A stretch of 64,000 bases of DNA from an uncultured Candidatus Saccharibacteria bacterium (GTDB lineage Bacteria; Patescibacteriota; Minisyncoccia; UBA6257; 2-01-FULL-56-20): positions 24,130 to 88,129 of the forward strand of contig CAZAFA010000002.1 of assembly GCA_964484655.1 (NCBI GenBank). The letters run 5' to 3'. The notes beneath the pieces are model-generated. The model was given only the letters and a program-made list of their open reading frames with translations, had not been told where the DNA came from and did no database searches. Below, piece after piece: positions 48,504 to 59,076 of the stretch. How positions within the stretch are numbered: the stretch's first letter is position 1; each line of letters starts with the position of its first letter. The position numbers and the translations under genes are program-made.

Positions 48504-49136
48504 TCAGCGCGTGGCGAAGCTCGCGCGGAACTGCGCGAAGACGGCCTCGAGGGCGGCGCGGTCGAACTCGGTCACGGCGCCCGGCTCGTAGTTGCCGATA
48601 TTCCCGCTGTGCAGGAAGAGCCGCAGGCCGTAGCAGCGTCCGTTCGCGGCGGTCGCGTAGACGGTCTCGTCGTACAGGTTGCCCGCCGCCGCTCCGCCGC
48701 CTTTCGCGACATCCCACTCCCGGCCGTTCGGCTCGACGACGCGGTCGCGCCCGGCGACGTTGCCGAGGAACGTCGCGGCGCGGCATTCCCCGGAGCCGAG
48801 CACCTCGACGCTCATCCCCGTATCGGAAGAGAGGTTCGTGCCCGCCGTCAGCGACGCCGGGACCTTGAACAGCACGCCGGGGACGTAGGACCCGGGGCCG
48901 AGGTTCGCGTACTCGTAGTCGGGCTGCACGGTCCAGCCCTCGGGGTAGCGCACGGCGAAGGCATGTGCCTGGCTCTCGTACGCCTGCCAGCCGTCGCCGG
49001 GCGGCGTCGCTACTGGAATCGACGTCGTGGTCCCGGCGGATTCGGGATCTGGCGCCTGCACGCGGCCGCGCAGCGCCCAGCCCGCGACGAGGACCGCTGC
49101 CAGGACGGCGATCGAGAGGACAGCCCTGCGGCTCAT
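48504..49136 (-). CDS. secreted hypothetical protein
   Basis: Signal or TM anchor, no recognised motif. Confidence 0.45.
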   Translation of the reverse strand: MSRRAVLSIAVLAAVLVAGWALRGRVQAPDPESAGTTTSIPVATPPGDGWQAYESQAHAFAVRYPEGWTVQPDYEYANLGPGSYVPGVLFKVPASLTAGTNLSSDTGMSVEVLGSGECRAATFLGNVAGRDRVVEPNGREWDVAKGGGAAAGNLYDETVYATAANGRCYGLRLFLHSGNIGNYEPGAVTEFDRAALEAVFAQFRASFATR

Positions 49137-49170
49137 GCGGGTAGTCTAGCACTTCGGGTATGATTCGGGC

Positions 49171-49662
49171 ATGAATGACCGAACCTTCTTCCTCAAGACA
49201 TACGCAGCCGAATTCGCCACCACCCAGAACGTCCTCAAGGCCGTCCCGGAGGACAAGGGCGACTACACGCCGAACCCGGTATCCAAGACCCTGCGCCAGC
49301 TCGCCTGGTCCGTGGCGGCGAGCGAGCTCGCCTGGCAGCAGATAGCCGGGAAGGGCATCGACTTCGCCGACGCGGCCTGGAAGCGCGAGGCGCCGGCGAC
49401 GCTCGCGGAGATGATCGCGGTCCACGCCGCCGATCACGCGGCGAGCATGGCGGCGCTCGAGGCGCTCGACGACGCGGCCTGGGAAGCGGAGATTCCCGGA
49501 TGGATGGGCGGCCCGATGCCCCGCTACGAGCTCGCCTGGGGCATGCTCCACGACACGATCCACCATCGCGGCCAGCTCACCACCTACCTGCGCGCGGTCG
49601 GCGCCATCGTGCCGTCCATCTACGGCCCGACCGCCGAGCAGCCGATGCAGATGGATGCGTAA
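49171..49662 (+). CDS. DinB/YfiT-like metal-dependent hydrolase family protein
   Basis: H...H...H spacing (WSVAASE...HAADH...HDTIHHRGQ), as in DinB_2. Confidence 0.65.
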   Translation: MNDRTFFLKTYAAEFATTQNVLKAVPEDKGDYTPNPVSKTLRQLAWSVAASELAWQQIAGKGIDFADAAWKREAPATLAEMIAVHAADHAASMAALEALDDAAWEAEIPGWMGGPMPRYELAWGMLHDTIHHRGQLTTYLRAVGAIVPSIYGPTAEQPMQMDA

Positions 49663-49698
49663 GCTCGCGATTCTCCAGCACGCCGGTCACCGCCCGGC

Positions 49699-50532
49699 AT
49701 GACGCCGTACTGCTATCTCGACGGGCAGACAGTCCCGGTGGCCGACGCGAAAGTCGGCGTATACGACACCGGCCTCCTCCGCGGCTTCGGCATCTACGAG
49801 GCGCTCGCGACGTATAACCGCAAGCCATTCATGTTCGACGCCCACATGGCGCGGTTCCGCGCTTCGGCTGACCGGCTCGGCCTCGACATCCCCGTCAGCG
49901 ACGAGGAGCTCCGCGCGATCCTCCTCGACCTGATGGAACGCAACGTCCCGGAGGGCGAGGCGGCGGTCCGCATCATCCTCACCGGCGGCGAGGCGATCGG
50001 CGGCATCGACTACGACCGCTCGAAGCCCACCTTCTACGTTCTCGTCGAGCCCATGCAGCTCCCGCCCGCGGAAGCCTTCGAGAACGGGGTGTCCGTGATC
50101 GTCGCCGAGCACCAGCGGCAGCTGCCCGAATGCAAGACCATCGACTACATCGAGGCCGTGATGCGCCAGAAGGAGCGCAAGGAGGCGGGGGCGCTCGAGG
50201 TCCTGTTCATCTCTGAAGGGCTCGTGCGCGAATGCGCCACCAGCAACGTGTTCGTCGTGAAGCACGGCGTCATCGCGACGCCGAAGGACAGGATCCTGCT
50301 TGGCATCACGCGGAAGGCGGCGATTATGGCCGCGGAGCCGAGGTTCCCCCTCGAGGAGCGCGACGTGACCGTGGACGAGCTCTACGCCGCGGACGAGGCC
50401 TTCATCACCTCCTCCTTCAAGGACGTGGTGCCGGTGGTGCGCGTCGGCGACCGCGTCATCGGGGACGGGAAGCCGGGGCCGGTGACGCGCGAGGTCATGC
50501 GGCTCTTCCACGAGCTCACGCAGGCAGCATAA
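49699..50532 (+). CDS. class IV aminotransferase (branched-chain/D-amino acid)
   Basis: Fold-type IV pattern: GFGIYE, catalytic-Lys region ECKTIDY, EVLF...E.ATSNVF. Confidence 0.8.
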   Translation: MTPYCYLDGQTVPVADAKVGVYDTGLLRGFGIYEALATYNRKPFMFDAHMARFRASADRLGLDIPVSDEELRAILLDLMERNVPEGEAAVRIILTGGEAIGGIDYDRSKPTFYVLVEPMQLPPAEAFENGVSVIVAEHQRQLPECKTIDYIEAVMRQKERKEAGALEVLFISEGLVRECATSNVFVVKHGVIATPKDRILLGITRKAAIMAAEPRFPLEERDVTVDELYAADEAFITSSFKDVVPVVRVGDRVIGDGKPGPVTREVMRLFHELTQAA

Positions 50533-50533
50533 A

Positions 50534-50562
50534 GAAAGGGACCGCGTCGCGGTCCCTTCTTC
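50534..50562. terminator. bidirectional terminator
   Basis: GAAAGGGACCGC-GTC-GCGGTCCCTTCTTC. Confidence 0.6.
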
Positions 50563-51293
50563 TAGAACGCCTCGCGCAGAGGCGACTCGCGGATGATGCC
50601 CATCGCCTCCTCCGCGGAGTCGACGACCGTGAAGATCTGCAGGTCCTCGGCATCGATGGAGCCGTGCTGGGCAAGCAGCACCGTCTTCATCCAGGCCGTG
50701 AGCGGGTCCCAGAACTCGTGACCGACGAGGATGACCGGGATATGCGTCGCGATCTTCCGCGTCTGGATGAGCGTGACTATCTCGAAGAACTCGTCGAGCG
50801 TCCCGAAGCCGCCCGGGAAGTAGACGTACGCCTGAGCCGCGTACGTGAGCATGAGCTTGCGCGTGAAGAAGTAGTGGAAGCCCTTCGCCTTGTTCACGTA
50901 GGGGTTGATCCGCTGCTCGCGCGGCAGCTGGATGTTCAGGCCGACGGAGACGCCTCCGGCCTCGGCGGCGCCCTGGTTGCCCGCCTGCATGATGCCCGGG
51001 CCGCCTCCCGTGACGACCACGTAGCCCTCCGTGGCGAGCATCGCCCCGAGCTTCCGCGCCTCGCCGTACCACTGCTGCGCGATGACGCTCTCGTCCCGGG
51101 TCGAGCCGAAGATCGTCACCGACTTCTTGACGTCCGTCAGGAACTCGAAGCCCTCGATGAACTCGGCCATGATGCGGAAGATCCGCCACTGCATGCTGTC
51201 GCGGAAGTCCTTCGGGGGCATAACCATGCCCGCCTCCTTGTCCGAGAGCGTGGACGCGGGGACCGGAGGCTGCGGGAGGTCCTGAGGATCCAT
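50562..51293 (-). CDS. LOG-family protein (TIGR00730)
   Basis: VVTGGGPGIMQAGNQGA and PGGFGTLDEF motifs. Confidence 0.8.
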   Translation of the reverse strand: MDPQDLPQPPVPASTLSDKEAGMVMPPKDFRDSMQWRIFRIMAEFIEGFEFLTDVKKSVTIFGSTRDESVIAQQWYGEARKLGAMLATEGYVVVTGGGPGIMQAGNQGAAEAGGVSVGLNIQLPREQRINPYVNKAKGFHYFFTRKLMLTYAAQAYVYFPGGFGTLDEFFEIVTLIQTRKIATHIPVILVGHEFWDPLTAWMKTVLLAQHGSIDAEDLQIFTVVDSAEEAMGIIRESPLREAF

Positions 51294-51370
51294 GACCGAA
51301 GTATACCAGCTGCGCCCGTGGTAGAATGAACGCGCTTCTTTCCCCGAAAGAACATCACCTACAACACCCC

Positions 51371-51577
51371 ATGAACAAGCTTTCCGGTCTCGATTGGGTC
51401 GCGATGATCCTCGTCATCGTCGGCGGCCTCAACTGGCTCCTCGTCGGCGCCTTCCAGTTCGACCTCGTCGCCACGCTCTTCGGAGACATGACCATGCTCG
51501 CGCGCGTCGTGTACGTGCTCGTCGGTCTCTCGGCGATCTACCTGCTCACGATGGCAGGCAAGCTCCGCCGCGCCTAA
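51371..51577 (+). CDS. DUF378-family small membrane protein
   Basis: WVAMILVIVGGLNWLLVGAFQFDLVATLFG is the DUF378 signature. The start was chosen at the internal ATG. Confidence 0.5.
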   Translation: MNKLSGLDWVAMILVIVGGLNWLLVGAFQFDLVATLFGDMTMLARVVYVLVGLSAIYLLTMAGKLRRA

Positions 51578-51592
51578 GAGGCGCCCGGATGC

Positions 51593-51630
51593 GGAAAGGA
51601 CGCCCGCGAGGGCGTCCTTTCCTTTGTCAG
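51593..51630 (+). terminator. rho-independent terminator
   Basis: GGAAAGGACGCC-CGCGAG-GGCGTCCTTTCC followed by TTT. Confidence 0.6.
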
Positions 51631-51727
51631 CCGCCAACAGGTCGACCGCTTGCCTTTCGCGCGCGATGGGCTAGGGTGCCTGCACGTTCGTACGTTGATA
51701 TTCAGGTAATAAGGAGGACAGAGACTG

Positions 51728-52327
51728 ATGGACTATCGAGCCGTGAACGGCCGCTGCGCGGCCGACATCGCGGACCTGCGGCTTCCCCTCTCCGAGGACG
51801 AGGCGCTCGCCCTGCTCGGGCATCTCGGCTTCGACCTCGTGGAGGTAGATCCGGTCGAGATCGCGCGCTCGCGCGTCGGCGTCTCGACGTACCGGCGCGG
51901 CGCGCGCATGCGCGAGGCGCCGCGCGTCTTCGACTGCTCGGGCTTCGCGAAGTGGGTCTACGGCGCATGCGGCATCTGGCTGCCGCGCCGGAGCATCCAG
52001 CAGCGGGAATGCGGCATCGCGATCCCGGTGCTCGAGATCGAGGCGGGCGACGTCGTCTTCGTCTCGGGACGGATCGACTACTACTTCGACGACCCCGAGG
52101 ACGGCGTGGGACACGTCGGCATCGCCACCAGCGAAGGCACCGTGGTGCACGCGGCGAACACCGCGCGCGGCGTCGTGGAGGACCCGTTCGAGGACTTCGC
52201 GCCTCCCGGCAAGCTCCGCGGCATCCGCCGCTACCGCGCGCCGGGAACCCGCGTCTTCGCGATTCCGCCCGACCGCGAGGTGGAGACCTCGGACGACCTG
52301 CGCTGGATAGCGCTACAGAACCTATAG
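51728..52327 (+). CDS. NlpC/P60 (C40) family peptidase
   Basis: FDCSGFAKWVY catalytic Cys, then GHVGIA and HA His residues. No signal peptide. Confidence 0.7.
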   Translation: MDYRAVNGRCAADIADLRLPLSEDEALALLGHLGFDLVEVDPVEIARSRVGVSTYRRGARMREAPRVFDCSGFAKWVYGACGIWLPRRSIQQRECGIAIPVLEIEAGDVVFVSGRIDYYFDDPEDGVGHVGIATSEGTVVHAANTARGVVEDPFEDFAPPGKLRGIRRYRAPGTRVFAIPPDREVETSDDLRWIALQNL

Positions 52328-52331
52328 AGAA

Positions 52332-52355
52332 AGAGGCCCCGCGGGGCCTCTTTTC
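52332..52355 (+). terminator. rho-independent terminator
   Basis: AGAGGCCCC-GC-GGGGCCTCTTTTC. Confidence 0.7.
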
Positions 52356-52427
52356 GCGCGTAAAGGACCGGGAGCGGCATCCGTCATATACAGCGAGTCG
52401 ATAACCAGCATTCAAGTTTCCCCAGCA

Positions 52428-52751
52428 ATGTTCGAAATCCGACGCATACTCAACGACTTCATCCGCATCGTCCTCGCGATCGTGGAGGTGTTCCTCGCGC
52501 TGCGGTTCATCCTGCGGCTCGCAGGGGCCAACGCAACGGCGCCCTTCGCCAAGTTCGTGTACGCCTCGAGCGCGGCTCTCCTCGAGCCGTTCCGCGGCCT
52601 CTTTCCCACGGCGATGCTCGAGCCGGGCAGCGTGATCGAGTTCTCGACGCTCTTCGCGATGATCATATACGCGCTCTTCGCCTACCTGATCATTGAGCTG
52701 ATTCGATGGGCAGAGCGCGCGACGCGCGAGGGCTCGCGAAGGCTCGGCTGA
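52428..52751 (+). CDS. YggT-family membrane protein (putative)
   Basis: 107 aa with two TM helices. LRFILRL...TAPFAKFVYASSAALLEPFRGLFP resembles YggT/Ycf19. Confidence 0.45.
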   Translation: MFEIRRILNDFIRIVLAIVEVFLALRFILRLAGANATAPFAKFVYASSAALLEPFRGLFPTAMLEPGSVIEFSTLFAMIIYALFAYLIIELIRWAERATREGSRRLG

Positions 52752-52813
52752 AGAATCAGACAAAGGGCGAGCAAGAGCTCGCCCTTTGTCTGCTCAACGG
52801 AACCGATCTACTG

Positions 52814-52898
52814 CGGAGAGGAAGGGATTCGAACCCTTGATACCTTGCGGTACACAGTCTTTCCAGGACTGCCGTTTCAACCACTCACGCACCTCTCC
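52814..52898 (-). tRNA. tRNA-Ser (anticodon GGA)
   Basis: Reverse complement GGAGAGG...CAGTC-CTGGAAA-GACTG..., long variable arm, T arm AAGGG-TTCGAAT-CCCTT. Confidence 0.8.
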
Positions 52899-52948
52899 AG
52901 TGCCGTGCCTGGGGATTCTAGGGATAACTTCCCGCGGGTGCCAGGGCG

Positions 52949-53419
52949 CTAGCCCTGGGAATCCGAGGCCTCTCCGGACGCGTCGTCCGCATCCGCATGC
53001 GCCTGCGGATGCTGCGCCGGCCGCGCTGCCGCGGCGGGACCCGCGTTGAGGACCGCCTCCTTCAGCGGCATCTCGGCCGGGAACGGCGCGCCGAAGCGGT
53101 TGCTCCCCGCCGTCCCCTTCCTGAAGAGGAGGACGAGCAGCATGACGACGTTCACGAACGGGATGAAGTTGAGCAGCACGAACCAGCCGCTCCACGCCAT
53201 GTCGTGGTAGCGGCGGACCGTGACGCCGACGTTGACCACGACCATCGCGATGATCGCCACCGCCGAGGCGAGCGTCATGAGCGCGCCGATCCCGTCCAGG
53301 ATCAGGTCCAGTGAGGAGAAGACGATCCTGACGAGGATGACGGCTACCAGGAACGCCAGCTGGGCCCACGCGAAGTGCGCGCGGCCGAGACGTCCTTCGA
53401 AGAGGCGGGAGAAGTTCAT
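52949..53419 (-). CDS. DUF805-family membrane protein
   Basis: RRYHDMAWSGWFVLLNFIPFVNVVMLLVLLF is the DUF805 signature. Confidence 0.6.
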   Translation of the reverse strand: MNFSRLFEGRLGRAHFAWAQLAFLVAVILVRIVFSSLDLILDGIGALMTLASAVAIIAMVVVNVGVTVRRYHDMAWSGWFVLLNFIPFVNVVMLLVLLFRKGTAGSNRFGAPFPAEMPLKEAVLNAGPAAAARPAQHPQAHADADDASGEASDSQG

Positions 53420-53428
53420 GAGCGCAGT

Positions 53429-54334
53429 CTACCGCACCTCCTCATCGACGCGCATCTGCCGCAGGACGGCGATGCGCTCCTCGAGGGGCGGATGCGTCAT
53501 GAAGAGCTTGTGGATCATCCCGAGCCGCTCGCGGCCCTTGAACGGGTTGGAGATCCAGAGGTGCGCCGTCGCGTCGGACGCGACGGGAAGCCGTGACTGG
53601 TCCCCGCGGATCTTCTCGAGCGCGTCGGCGAGGTCCTGCGGGCGCCGGGTCAGCAGGGCGCCCGTGGCATCCGCGAGCGACTCGCGACGCCGCGAGACCG
53701 CCAGCTGCATGAGCGTCGCCGCGATAGGCGCGAGGATGATCAGCGCGATGCTCGCGATGCCGGACACGGGATTGCGCTCGTCGCGGTTCCCGCCGCCGAA
53801 CATGAGCGCGCTGCCGAGGAAGTGGCTCGCCATCGCAACCGAGCCGGCGAGCACCACGGCGATGCTCGAGACGAGGATGTCCCGGTTCGAGACGTGCGAG
53901 AGCTCGTGCGCGAGCACGCCCTCGAGCTCCGCCGCAGTCAGCTGCCGCATCGCGCCCGTGGTGACCGCCACCGCGGCGTGGGACGGGTTGCGTCCCGTGG
54001 CGAACGCGTTGATCTGGGGCTGGTCGATAAGATACAGCCGCGGCATCGGGATGTGCGCCTGGTGCGCCAGGCGCCGGACGGCCGCGTAGAGCGCCGGCTG
54101 CTCCTGCTCGGTGACCGGCTTCGCGCCGCTCGCGGCCAGGGCGATCCTGTCCGACCAGAAGTAGCTGACGAAGGTGGTCAGGAGAGAGAAGCCGATCGCG
54201 ATGGTCAGGATGGACGGGTTGCCGACGTACGTCGCGAGGGCGTAGCCGACGGCTATGACCAGGCCCGCGAAGACGGCGATCAGGAGCCCTGATTTGAAGA
54301 GGTTGGCGCTGCGGTGCGCGAGTGCGTTCTGCAT
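53429..54334 (-). CDS. htpX: M48 zinc metalloprotease HtpX
   Basis: HELSHV HEXXH with four TM helices. Confidence 0.85.
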   Translation of the reverse strand: MQNALAHRSANLFKSGLLIAVFAGLVIAVGYALATYVGNPSILTIAIGFSLLTTFVSYFWSDRIALAASGAKPVTEQEQPALYAAVRRLAHQAHIPMPRLYLIDQPQINAFATGRNPSHAAVAVTTGAMRQLTAAELEGVLAHELSHVSNRDILVSSIAVVLAGSVAMASHFLGSALMFGGGNRDERNPVSGIASIALIILAPIAATLMQLAVSRRRESLADATGALLTRRPQDLADALEKIRGDQSRLPVASDATAHLWISNPFKGRERLGMIHKLFMTHPPLEERIAVLRQMRVDEEVR

Positions 54335-54375
54335 GTGGCCTATACCTTATCACGGCCGGATAAGGCTGAAATTAC

Positions 54376-54404
54376 TTGCAATTCAGGATATTTTGTGGTA
54401 TGGT
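54376..54404 (+). promoter_or_regulatory. near-consensus sigma-70 promoter TTGCAA-N17-(TGg)TATGGT
   Basis: Read directly. It has an extended -10, and AGGAGA with the ATG lies ~45 nt downstream. Confidence 0.45.
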
Positions 54405-54456
54405 GATGCCAAGCTTTTTTGAAAAAAATTAAAGGTAATAAGGAGATTTTAGAATT

Positions 54457-55155
54457 ATGGATATCGAGAAGAGGACCGCGATGGCGGTCTCGCCCAAGAA
54501 CGAGCTGACTCTGGCTTCGCCGGAGCTGATTCAAGGCGCGAAAGCGCTCAACTACAGACCGAAGACGTTGCTGGACAGGATCCAGCAGCATCTTCCCAAT
54601 CCGGTCGAGGCTCGGATCTACCTGAGCGTCGGTCCGAAGATGAAGCATCGTCCCGCGACGTTCGCGATCATCCTGCGCGAGCTCATGGGCTCCCAGGAGA
54701 TCAACGAGCAGGACCTCGATCCCGTCAAAGGGACGAGCGTCGCTCGCGTCGAATGGCTGCTGGACGCGCTCGAGACCGTGCTGGCGCTGATCCTCAGGGC
54801 ACCGGACGACTACAACGGTCTCCGGCTCGGAGCTCAGTCGGCTGCACGGCTCTGGATCGCTTACGGCGATAACGCGGATACGTTCATCGCTTCGGTTATG
54901 GACAACATTCCCGAGATCGCCCACCAGCTCGGTTACACCGGGAGGAAGCCGTATCGGAGCCGCCTCGGCGACGACGATTACGAGTGGTATCCCGAGGGCA
55001 AGGTGGCGAAGCATGCCTTCGGCATGTTCAACCACGTGATATTCCCCTACTGTCGCGATCACGGCGTTCCCTACTTCCTGGAGTTCCTCGAGTTCTTCCA
55101 GGTTGGAGAGATCGCCCGCTCGATCGAGGAGTGGGAAGACATGGAGGACGAATAG
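54457..55155 (+). CDS. hypothetical protein (232 aa), first gene of a lower-GC two-gene operon
   Basis: RBS TAAGGAGA. Acidic C-terminus. No known motif. Confidence 0.5.
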   Translation: MDIEKRTAMAVSPKNELTLASPELIQGAKALNYRPKTLLDRIQQHLPNPVEARIYLSVGPKMKHRPATFAIILRELMGSQEINEQDLDPVKGTSVARVEWLLDALETVLALILRAPDDYNGLRLGAQSAARLWIAYGDNADTFIASVMDNIPEIAHQLGYTGRKPYRSRLGDDDYEWYPEGKVAKHAFGMFNHVIFPYCRDHGVPYFLEFLEFFQVGEIARSIEEWEDMEDE

Positions 55156-55156
55156 C

Positions 55157-56512
55157 ATGGCGATATTCGATCGCACTGACCTGCTGCGCACCATCAAGGG
55201 GGCGCAGCAGAACCCGTTAAGGACAATCGGCTTCAGTGCGCAGCTCCTGCGGCTCAACCTCACTGAGGAAGAGCTCTGGAAATACGCCAAGCAAGCCGCC
55301 AAGCAGCTGGTCGCCATCATCCATCCGGATCAGGCGGACAGCGAGGAGCGCGAAGCGAGCATCGCCATGCGCGACGCTTTCGAAGCGCTCAAGGACTTCT
55401 CGGCATTCCAGGAAGCGCTCGCCGAGCTCCGCAAGGAGCACAGCGAGGAACGCAGCCAGGAGAACGCGAAGAAGCGTGCAGTCCGCCAGGGCGACTCACT
55501 CGTCCAGGAAGCGGTACGCCAGCGCGAGCAGGCGATCGCCGACGCGAACGAGCACAAGCGGCAGGTGGAGCGGCTCAAGAACCAGCTCTCCCGACTGACC
55601 GGCACCGACACGGTGGTGGTCAGGAACCGCAAGAGCAAGGAGCGGAACGGCTTCGAATGGATCAAGATGCCGCGTCAGCTGACGCAAGCCATCGCGATCC
55701 GGTTCGAGGTCAAGACCTGGAAGGGCAAGGTAGGCGAACCGGGGATGCTGCAAGGCGTCATCGGCACCTACAACCGGAAACGGGAGCGGGCACTCCGCAC
55801 GATGGCGACGAAGCGCAAGGAGGCGAGCAAGACTCGCGAGCTCCGCCCCGGCGAGCTGCAGCTCAATCCCGACCGCGACTCGGGTCACGTCGAGGAGGCG
55901 CACCACAAGATCGAGAAATTCGGTTACGCCTCGCGCACGCTGGCTGAGCTGGTCGCCCAGGCGATCGAACAGCCGATCCCGGTGCTCAACTGGGGTATGG
56001 CGAACGCTCTCGACGAGTACGGCATCGTGCGCGGCACGGTACGGCATACCAAGGTCCCTGACCTTGCCCAGGTCGTATCGGCGAGCGCTTTCGATCCGGA
56101 GGACTTCGAGAAGCACTACCGTCGCGCGTTCTCCGACCTCGTCGCCTGGCTCGATCGCCGCGTCACCCGGGTCTCCGAGATCCATGTCTTTCCCGAGCTC
56201 GTCGACCTCCGCGGCGGATGGTTCAACGGCATCGATTCCAAGATCGTGCTGGGGAGCGTCTTCCTGGACGAGATGAAGCTCAGCCTGGAGAAAGGGTATC
56301 TGAGCGCGGGAACCTATCCCGAGGACCTGGAATACCCGGTCGTGTGCGAAGGGGCGCTCGTCGCGACGTGCATGCCGACCGAGATCGGCGTCACGGGCGA
56401 TATCGCGCGCTTGCGCGCGGACTCCTTCCATACGGAACTCTTCAATAAGGCAGGACGCTTGAAGGAAGGCCCGCGTATCATCGCGACGCACTACCTTCTC
56501 GAACTGATGTAA
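55157..56512 (+). CDS. J-domain-like protein (HPD motif) with coiled-coil and unknown C-terminal domain
   Basis: ATG is 1 nt after the upstream TAG. EEELWKYAKQAAKQLVAIIHPDQADSEEREASIAMRDAFEALKD parallels DnaJ helix II-HPD-helix III. Confidence 0.5.
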   Translation: MAIFDRTDLLRTIKGAQQNPLRTIGFSAQLLRLNLTEEELWKYAKQAAKQLVAIIHPDQADSEEREASIAMRDAFEALKDFSAFQEALAELRKEHSEERSQENAKKRAVRQGDSLVQEAVRQREQAIADANEHKRQVERLKNQLSRLTGTDTVVVRNRKSKERNGFEWIKMPRQLTQAIAIRFEVKTWKGKVGEPGMLQGVIGTYNRKRERALRTMATKRKEASKTRELRPGELQLNPDRDSGHVEEAHHKIEKFGYASRTLAELVAQAIEQPIPVLNWGMANALDEYGIVRGTVRHTKVPDLAQVVSASAFDPEDFEKHYRRAFSDLVAWLDRRVTRVSEIHVFPELVDLRGGWFNGIDSKIVLGSVFLDEMKLSLEKGYLSAGTYPEDLEYPVVCEGALVATCMPTEIGVTGDIARLRADSFHTELFNKAGRLKEGPRIIATHYLLELM

Positions 56513-56517
56513 ATGGA

Positions 56518-56547
56518 ACGGGCGCTCTCACGAGCGCCCGTCTTTTA
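56518..56547. terminator. bidirectional terminator between the J-domain operon and groEL
   Basis: ACGGGCGCTC-TCACG-AGCGCCCGT followed by CTTTTA. Confidence 0.65.
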
Positions 56548-56560
56548 TTCCTGCATAAGG

Positions 56561-58490
<1,930 letters not shown>

Positions 58491-58521
58491 GGTGTGTGAT
58501 ACGCGTTTGTGCGGACGGATA

Positions 58522-58548
58522 TTAGCAATCCCAAGAGGAGATTGCCAA
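58522..58548. promoter_or_regulatory. CIRCE-like inverted repeat (putative HrcA operator) upstream of groES
   Basis: TTAGCAATC-N9-GATTGCCAA versus CIRCE consensus TTAGCACTC-N9-GAGTGCTAA (15/18 positions). Lies 32-58 nt upstream of the groES start. Confidence 0.5.
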
Positions 58549-58617
58549 GACTTGCCAAGGACGCAGGAGATCTGTTTAGTTACGCCGGACCTAATTTAAA
58601 AAACAGGAGAAGGCTGA

Positions 58618-59009
58618 TGAGTAGGAAGAAGGAGAACCTTTTCATTTTCTTAGGCATGGCGGTGGCGCTCGGAATCATATTCTTCGTCGTAGCACAGATC
58701 GTCCCCAGCAACGCCCGCTCGACATCCCTGCACCAGGGAAGCGCGGTAGTGCGCGGCACGGTGACTAAGATCCCCATTGAGACGGAGTCCGGCGTCTCCA
58801 TGCTGGAGTTCGGAAGCGGCGGCAGGACGTATCGCGCCCGCCTGCCGAATGAGTGCGGGGATGACATCGCGGTCGGCACCGAGATCGAGGTCTGGGTGGA
58901 CACCTGGCGATCGGACGGTATCGCGATAACCGAATCGGAGCCTCCCGTGTACGCGCAGGAGGCGTTTGTGAAATGCCGTAAGGTATGGAAGCTGACGCAG
59001 AACCGCTGA
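58618..59009 (+). CDS. hypothetical membrane-anchored protein
   Basis: RBS AACAGGAGAAGG. N-terminal TM LFIFLGMAVALGIIFFVVAQI. Confidence 0.4.
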
Positions 59010-59076
59010 CGACAGGCAAACGGAACGAAGAGCGGACATCGCATTATGTCCGCTCTTTATAATCAATATGAGCCGA

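Noticed and set aside
51702-52763. 353-aa minus-strand ORF
   Set aside because: It is antisense to the NlpC/P60 and YggT-like genes. Arg/Pro-rich artefact.
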